Positions 57,140-64,000 of a DNA stretch of 64,000 bases are shown piece after piece; the first letter of the stretch is position 1; every line of letters begins with the position of its first letter. The position numbers and the translations under genes are program-made. The notes under the pieces are model-generated. The model was not told the DNA's origin and did no database searches. It saw only the letters and a list, made by a program, of their open reading frames with translations. Origin of the DNA: Myxococcales bacterium (GTDB lineage: Bacteria > Myxococcota > Myxococcia > Myxococcales > JAKAPL01); contig JAJXUD010000012.1 in the NCBI GenBank assembly GCA_021783235.1, forward strand, positions 16,503-80,502. Reading direction: 5' to 3'.

Positions 57140-57844
57140 ATGCGCCGCTACCTCATCGCCGACGACAACCGCGACTTCGCCGACAACCTCGCCGAGATCC
57201 TGCGCGAGGAGGGCGACGTCGAGGTCGTCGTCGCGGCCGACGGCCACGACGCCGTCGAGCAGCTCCGCCGGGGCAGCTTCGACGCCCTGCTCACCGACAT
57301 GAAGATGCCGCGCATGGGAGGCGCGCGGCTCGTGCACGAGGCGCGCGCCCTCGACCCCTCGCTCCCGGCCATCGTCACGACCGCCTACTCGAAGGACGTC
57401 GACCTCGAACTCGCGCTCGCCCACGGGATCCTCGCGGTCCTGCCGAAGCCCGTGCCGATCCCCCGGCTCCTCGAGATCCTCTCCCGCGCCCGGCGGGGCG
57501 GCTTCGTCGTGGTCGTCGAGGAGGACGGACCGCTCCGCGAGAACCTCGCCGAGGCGCTCGCCGCGCGCGGCTTCACCGCCGTCTCGGCCGGCAGCCTCCT
57601 CGAGCTCGACCGCATCGGCAACGTTCGGCCCTTCACCGCCATCGTGGACCTGCGGATCGCCGGCTGCGCCGACGGCGAGGCGTTGCTCGACCTCGTGGAG
57701 CGTTTCCCCAGCATCGAGCCCATCGTCGTCTCGGCCTTCGACGAGGCGATCCAGGCCGCGCGCGGCCGGACCGTGATCGAGAGGCCGTTCGACAGCGCCG
57801 CCCTGCTCGATTGCGTCGAGTCGCTCTACGCGAGGTCGCGGTGA
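57140..57844 (+). CDS. Response regulator with a canonical REC domain plus a second receiver-like domain
   Basis: YLIADDN…FDALLTDMKMPRMGG…LPKP in the first domain. The second half has a similar layout (VVVEEDG…AIVDLRIAG…) and no output domain. Confidence 0.75.
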   Translation: MRRYLIADDNRDFADNLAEILREEGDVEVVVAADGHDAVEQLRRGSFDALLTDMKMPRMGGARLVHEARALDPSLPAIVTTAYSKDVDLELALAHGILAVLPKPVPIPRLLEILSRARRGGFVVVVEEDGPLRENLAEALAARGFTAVSAGSLLELDRIGNVRPFTAIVDLRIAGCADGEALLDLVERFPSIEPIVVSAFDEAIQAARGRTVIERPFDSAALLDCVESLYARSR

Positions 57845-58932
57845 GCGACTCGGCGCCGGGCAAGCTCCTCGTCGTCGAGGACAACGCGAGTCTCGCCGAG
57901 AACCTCGTCGAGATCCTGGCGGAGGCCGGCTATTCGGCCGCCGCCGCGGGAGATTGCCGGCGCGCCCGCGAGCTCGCGGCCGCCGGGCTCGACGTGGCCC
58001 TCGTCGACCTCCGGCTCCCGGACGGCGACGGCATCTCGCTCGCTCGGGAGCTGCGCGAGCTCTCGGGCGACTCCCAGGTGGTCCTGCTCACGGGCTTCGC
58101 GAGCGTCGAGTCGGCCGCGGCAGCGGTGCGCGCCGGCGCCTGCGCCTACCTCGTCAAGCCGTGCGCGACCCCGGACCTCCTCCTCACCGTCGACCAGGCG
58201 ATGCGCCAGGTGCGCATGCACCGCGAGCGGCAGGAGCTTCGGATCCGCACCGCCGCGGCGGAGCGGCTCGCGACCATCGGGACCTTGACCGCCGGCCTCT
58301 CTCACGAGATCCGAAACCCGCTCAACGCCGCCGGGCTCCAGCTCTCGATCCTCGAGCGTCGGGTGCGACGCCTGCCGGCCGGGGCCGACCAGACCGCCCT
58401 GCTCGGACCGCTCTCGCTCGTCCGCGACGAGATCGACCGGCTCGAGCACATCCTCCAGGACTTCCTCCAGTTCGCGCGGCCGCGCGAGCCGCTGACCCGG
58501 CCCGTGCCGGTCGCGACGCTCGTCGAGAAGGTCCTCGATCTCCTCGAGGCCGACGCCGAGCGGCGCTCGATCCGGATCGAGCGATCCCTCCGCGCCCAGA
58601 AGCCGATCGCCGGCGACGAGGAGCAGCTTCGGCAGGCGCTCATGAACCTCGCCATCAACGCCATCGAGGCGAGCCCGCCCGGCCGCTCGGTCCGGGTCGC
58701 GTCGAGCGACGAGGCCGCCCGCGTCCGGATCGACGTGGACGACTCGGGGCCCGGCGTGCCCGCCGAGCTCCGGCACCGGATCTTCGAGCCGTTCTTCACC
58801 ACCAAGGCCAGCGGATCGGGGCTGGGCCTCCCGATCGTCCACGCGATCGTGACCCAGCACGGCGGCGAGATCGTCGTGGCCGAGGCTCCCGGCGGTGGCG
58901 CCCGCTTCAGCCTCGTCCTGCCGACGGCGTAG
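57841..58932 (+). CDS. Hybrid REC-histidine kinase
   Basis: GTGA overlap with the upstream stop. REC segment (LLVVEDN…VALVDLRLPDGDG…LVKP). H-box LSHEIRNPLN. HATPase_c motifs (DDSGPGVP, GSGLGLPIV). Confidence 0.85.
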   Translation: MSDSAPGKLLVVEDNASLAENLVEILAEAGYSAAAAGDCRRARELAAAGLDVALVDLRLPDGDGISLARELRELSGDSQVVLLTGFASVESAAAAVRAGACAYLVKPCATPDLLLTVDQAMRQVRMHRERQELRIRTAAAERLATIGTLTAGLSHEIRNPLNAAGLQLSILERRVRRLPAGADQTALLGPLSLVRDEIDRLEHILQDFLQFARPREPLTRPVPVATLVEKVLDLLEADAERRSIRIERSLRAQKPIAGDEEQLRQALMNLAINAIEASPPGRSVRVASSDEAARVRIDVDDSGPGVPAELRHRIFEPFFTTKASGSGLGLPIVHAIVTQHGGEIVVAEAPGGGARFSLVLPTA

Positions 58933-58980
58933 GAAGGCCGCTCACCCATCGGCCTCGCCCGAGGGCGGGCGGCGCGTCGC

Positions 58981-60381
<1,401 letters not shown>

Positions 60382-60705
60382 GGGTCTCCCAGACTATAGA
60401 GGGGCGGCAAACCTCGTGCCAGCTGGAAGAGCGACGGCCGACCGACGCGTCCCGGCAAAGCGGGTCCCGGACCAGCGCGCCCGGGAGGACGCCATCCCAC
60501 TGGAATCTCGCACGAAAACCAGCCACCCGGGGCGCGGCCGGCCGAACGCGGGCCCCCGCCCATCGCCGATGCTCTCGAGAACCACGAGCGGAGGGCCCCA
60601 CGCAGCGCCTGCACCCAGCGCGCCGTCAGCGCAATTCTTTTTCAGGCTTCACGACGACGGCCGCTCGCGCTTCGCGAGCCTCGCGCGAGCGGCTTCCGCC
60701 GAACG

Positions 60706-61704
<999 letters not shown>

Positions 61705-61854
61705 CTCGGTTGCCTCCTCCGGGGGGGGGGGGCGGAGAGGCCGCCCTCGACCGAGCCCGGAAGATAGATCGACGGACGACGGGCGCAAAGGGCCGACGCC
61801 GATTGGAATAGACTGGCCCCTCGGCCGTCGAGCCAACGGCGAGGAGTTCTGACG

Positions 61855-62847
61855 ATGCGGCGGATGTCGGTGGCTGGGTCGATCCTGTTGCTCTCGGCGC
61901 TGACGGCGGCGGTCGCCTCGTGCGGCAGCCGCGCGGCGACTTCGGGCGCGAAGCCCGAGCCGACGCCCTGCGCGGACGCCGGCGCCACCTGTGGCCCCGA
62001 CGTCGCGTGCTGCAGCGGAGCCTGTACGAACGGCAGCTGCGGGGCGGCGCCTCCCGCGGGCGGCTGCCAGCGGGCCACCGACTGCCCCGCCGGGGAGAGC
62101 TGCACGGCCGGCGCGTGCGTGCTCGCCGGCTGCGTGCAGGACCACGGGGCCTGTAGTCCGAACGCCCCCTGTTGCTCGGGAGAGAGCTGCTACAGCGGCT
62201 TCTGCATGGGGCCGCTCCCCTGCAAGACCAGCTCCGACTGCACGGTCGACGTGAACGGCTTCCCCGCGAGCGCGGGCGTCTGCATCGACGGGGGCTGCGA
62301 GCCGTGCCGCGAGCCGGGCCAGGCCTGCGGGTCGGCGGGAGATTGCTGCACGGGCTCGTGCGACACCGGAAGCTGTTGCGGCAACCTCGGCGACGGCTGC
62401 GGCTCGAGCGCCGACTGCTGCGCCGGGAGCGGCGTCACGTGCGCCCAGCGCAGCTGCTGCCTCGCCAACGGCGTCGCCTGCTCCAGCGCCTCCCCCTGCT
62501 GCGGAGGCGGCTGCTCCGCCGGTGCCTGCTGCACGACGGCGGGCGGGAGCTGCTCGACCGCGGGCGACTGCTGCGGTGGGCTCCCGTGTGTCGCGGGTCT
62601 CTGCGGAGATGGCACCGGAGCCAGCTGCTCGAGCTCGGCCGAGTGCGGCAGCAAGGTCTGCCAGAACGGCATCTGCTGCGCCCACCTCGGCTCTTCCTGC
62701 GCGACCGACGCCGACTGCTGCTTCGGCGCGCTCTGCGGCTCGGACGTCTGCTGTGAGGGCGTGGGCGAGAGCTGCGGGGCCAACTCCGACTGCTGCTCGG
62801 GCGCCTGCAACCTGGGCAATGGCTACGACAGCTTCTGCGGCGGCTGA
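61855..62847 (+). CDS. Cys-rich repeat lipoprotein (61 Cys in 330 aa)
   Basis: Lipobox AAVASC. About ten repeats of G-x-x-C-x(4-6)-[DP]-C-C-x-G-x-C-x(3-5)-C. Confidence 0.8.
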   Translation: MRRMSVAGSILLLSALTAAVASCGSRAATSGAKPEPTPCADAGATCGPDVACCSGACTNGSCGAAPPAGGCQRATDCPAGESCTAGACVLAGCVQDHGACSPNAPCCSGESCYSGFCMGPLPCKTSSDCTVDVNGFPASAGVCIDGGCEPCREPGQACGSAGDCCTGSCDTGSCCGNLGDGCGSSADCCAGSGVTCAQRSCCLANGVACSSASPCCGGGCSAGACCTTAGGSCSTAGDCCGGLPCVAGLCGDGTGASCSSSAECGSKVCQNGICCAHLGSSCATDADCCFGALCGSDVCCEGVGESCGANSDCCSGACNLGNGYDSFCGG

Positions 62848-62960
62848 GGCCGCGAGCGCGCCGCTGCCGTGCCTTCCACGCGCGCACCGCCTCCCCGGGA
62901 AGGGGCAAGAACGGCACGGTCGCCGGCGAAAGCCGGGCTGAGATCCCGGGCATTGTCGCG

Positions 62961-63515
62961 CTAGAGGCGGACTGCTTCTTGGCGAGCAGCGACGAGCGAT
63001 GGAGGCGAGCCATCCGGGGGCTGGGCGGATTGCAGCCACTCGTTGAAGGCGCGTCCGGCGTTCTCGCAGGCCGGAGCCCTGTCGTCGCCCAGGTAGAAGG
63101 CCGAGTAGTCGTCGGTCTCGTTGACGGGCTTCTCCTGCAAGAAATGAATCCACGTCTCGACGTTCCGTCTCGGAACGAGGAGGCAGATGCGCTCGGTGCT
63201 CGCCCGCGCCGCCAGTCCCGCGTCCCTGAGCTTTGCCTCGAGTGAGGCGAGCCGTTGCGGGACGGTGGACGTGTCGGCGTCGATGACCACGATGAGCCGC
63301 CGCGAAGAGACATGGTTGGCACGAGCGCGGTATTCGGATACCTCGCCCGGATAGCTCGTGACCACATGCTGCGTCCCCGCGCCCCTCCCCGCCGGACAGG
63401 GGACAATCCGAATTTCTCCGGACTTCAGGCCACGATTGAGCAGCCAGCGGTAGACGAACAGCGCGTGCGCCTCGTCCTCGCACAAGACGATCGTCGACTT
63501 CGTGGCCGCCATCAC
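62961..63515 (-). CDS. Hypothetical protein, possible TOPRIM/DUF4276-like partner of the upstream ATPase
   Basis: 4-nt overlap with the ATPase gene stop. N-terminal TIVLCEDEAHALF and later LIVVIDAD acidic motifs resemble small TOPRIM-like folds. This family call is from memory only. Confidence 0.4.
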   Translation of the reverse strand: MMAATKSTIVLCEDEAHALFVYRWLLNRGLKSGEIRIVPCPAGRGAGTQHVVTSYPGEVSEYRARANHVSSRRLIVVIDADTSTVPQRLASLEAKLRDAGLAARASTERICLLVPRRNVETWIHFLQEKPVNETDDYSAFYLGDDRAPACENAGRAFNEWLQSAQPPDGSPPSLVAARQEAVRL

Positions 63516-64000
63516 TCTTCCCCGCGCGCGACGATCTCCGCGGGTGTCAGCGGCGAGGACTCTGGCGCATGGAAGGGCCGGACCCGGCTGGGACCGAGCG
63601 TCTCGCGTTCCAGCACGAGGCCGTGCTCGGCCGCCTGGAGATTGATCAATTCGGGATGGTGCGAGATGACGACGAGCTGCAGCCTCGGGCGGGCTCGCAG
63701 TGCCATCAAGAGTGGCTGCACCTCTCCGAGCGCGACGAAGTTGTCCGGCTCGTCCAAAAACAGCGTCGTGTCGTCATCCCCGGGCTCCGCCGCGAGCATG
63801 GCGAGGCCGAGAAGCACGCGCTGGCCGTCCGAGAGCTCGTCGACACCGAACTCGAGCGGCGGCGCTCCGGCGCCCGGAACCTGCCAGACGGTCATGAGCC
63901 GTCGCGATGAACCTTCCGTCGCGAGCCGGAGGTTGTGAAAACCGGGGAGGACTTCCCGGAGCGCGTCCCGAACGGTCTCCACCTGATCGGGATATTCTTG
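63512..64000 (-). CDS. ABC/SMC-like AAA ATPase, C-terminal part (5' end lies beyond the window)
   Basis: The frame is open to nt 64000. Signature LSDGQRVLLGL. Walker B LFLDEPDNFVA. H-loop VISHHPE. Confidence 0.7.
   Translation of the reverse strand, partial: QEYPDQVETVRDALREVLPGFHNLRLATEGSSRRLMTVWQVPGAGAPPLEFGVDELSDGQRVLLGLAMLAAEPGDDDTTLFLDEPDNFVALGEVQPLLMALRARPRLQLVVISHHPELINLQAAEHGLVLERETLGPSRVRPFHAPESSPLTPAEIVARGEE

Noticed and set aside
61705-63483. Upstream extension of the 925-aa minus-strand ORF 60706-63483
   Set aside because: It is antisense to the Cys-rich lipoprotein gene. The aldo/keto reductase starts at 61704 with its own SD.

Overview
Very GC-rich bacterial chromosomal segment. 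It is probably Myxococcota, because one protein ends in a MYXO-CTERM-type sorting tail and there are myxobacterial-style Cys-rich repeat proteins. Many long antisense ORFs in the six-frame track are GC artefacts and were rejected.

Supported content, in order:
- Alternative Complex III cluster 1, actB (5'-truncated by the window edge) then actC, D, E, F, at 3-4799 (+).
- A CBS protein and a small membrane-protein locus interrupted by an in-frame TGA.
- A 15 x 21-bp tandem repeat that encodes a Cys heptad peptide.
- A minus-strand sulfide/copper island at 6673-12681: SQR, rhodanese, a Met-rich diheme cytochrome c, a cupredoxin lipoprotein, DsrE, two ArsR-rhodanese fusion regulators and an outer-membrane barrel. 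The island is bracketed by two direct ~185-bp copies of a conserved block.
- An alpha-2-macroglobulin lipoprotein gene followed by PBP1C (the yfhM-pbpC arrangement).
- Three APC amino-acid permeases.
- ndk, a PorG-like gene, sucD, sucC and sdhB.
- A SWIM-SNF2 helicase.
- A complete second ACIII cluster (actA-F, minus strand) preceded by a type-1 copper protein and an outer-membrane barrel that carries a CXXCH motif.
- NnrS-like protein, a BNR-propeller/MYXO-CTERM protein, sdhA and hemN.
- A signalling block: GGDEF, CBS, DksA/TraR, globin-coupled histidine kinase, response regulator, hybrid kinase, NtrC-type activator.
- An aldo/keto reductase and a 61-Cys lipoprotein.
- At the right edge, an ABC-like ATPase plus a small partner gene.

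No rRNA, tRNA, CRISPR array, transposase or integrase was recognised.

The most interesting observation is in the alpha-2-macroglobulin reading frame. It is interrupted only by a TGA that sits exactly at the thioester cysteine of the PYG-C-xEQ motif. A SECIS-like hairpin starts 10 nt downstream. This is either a candidate selenocysteine alpha-2-macroglobulin or a TGC-to-TGA disruption.

The second is the duplicated ~185-bp noncoding block with its conserved 16-codon ORF start, one copy of which leads into the acidic Cys heptad-repeat peptide.
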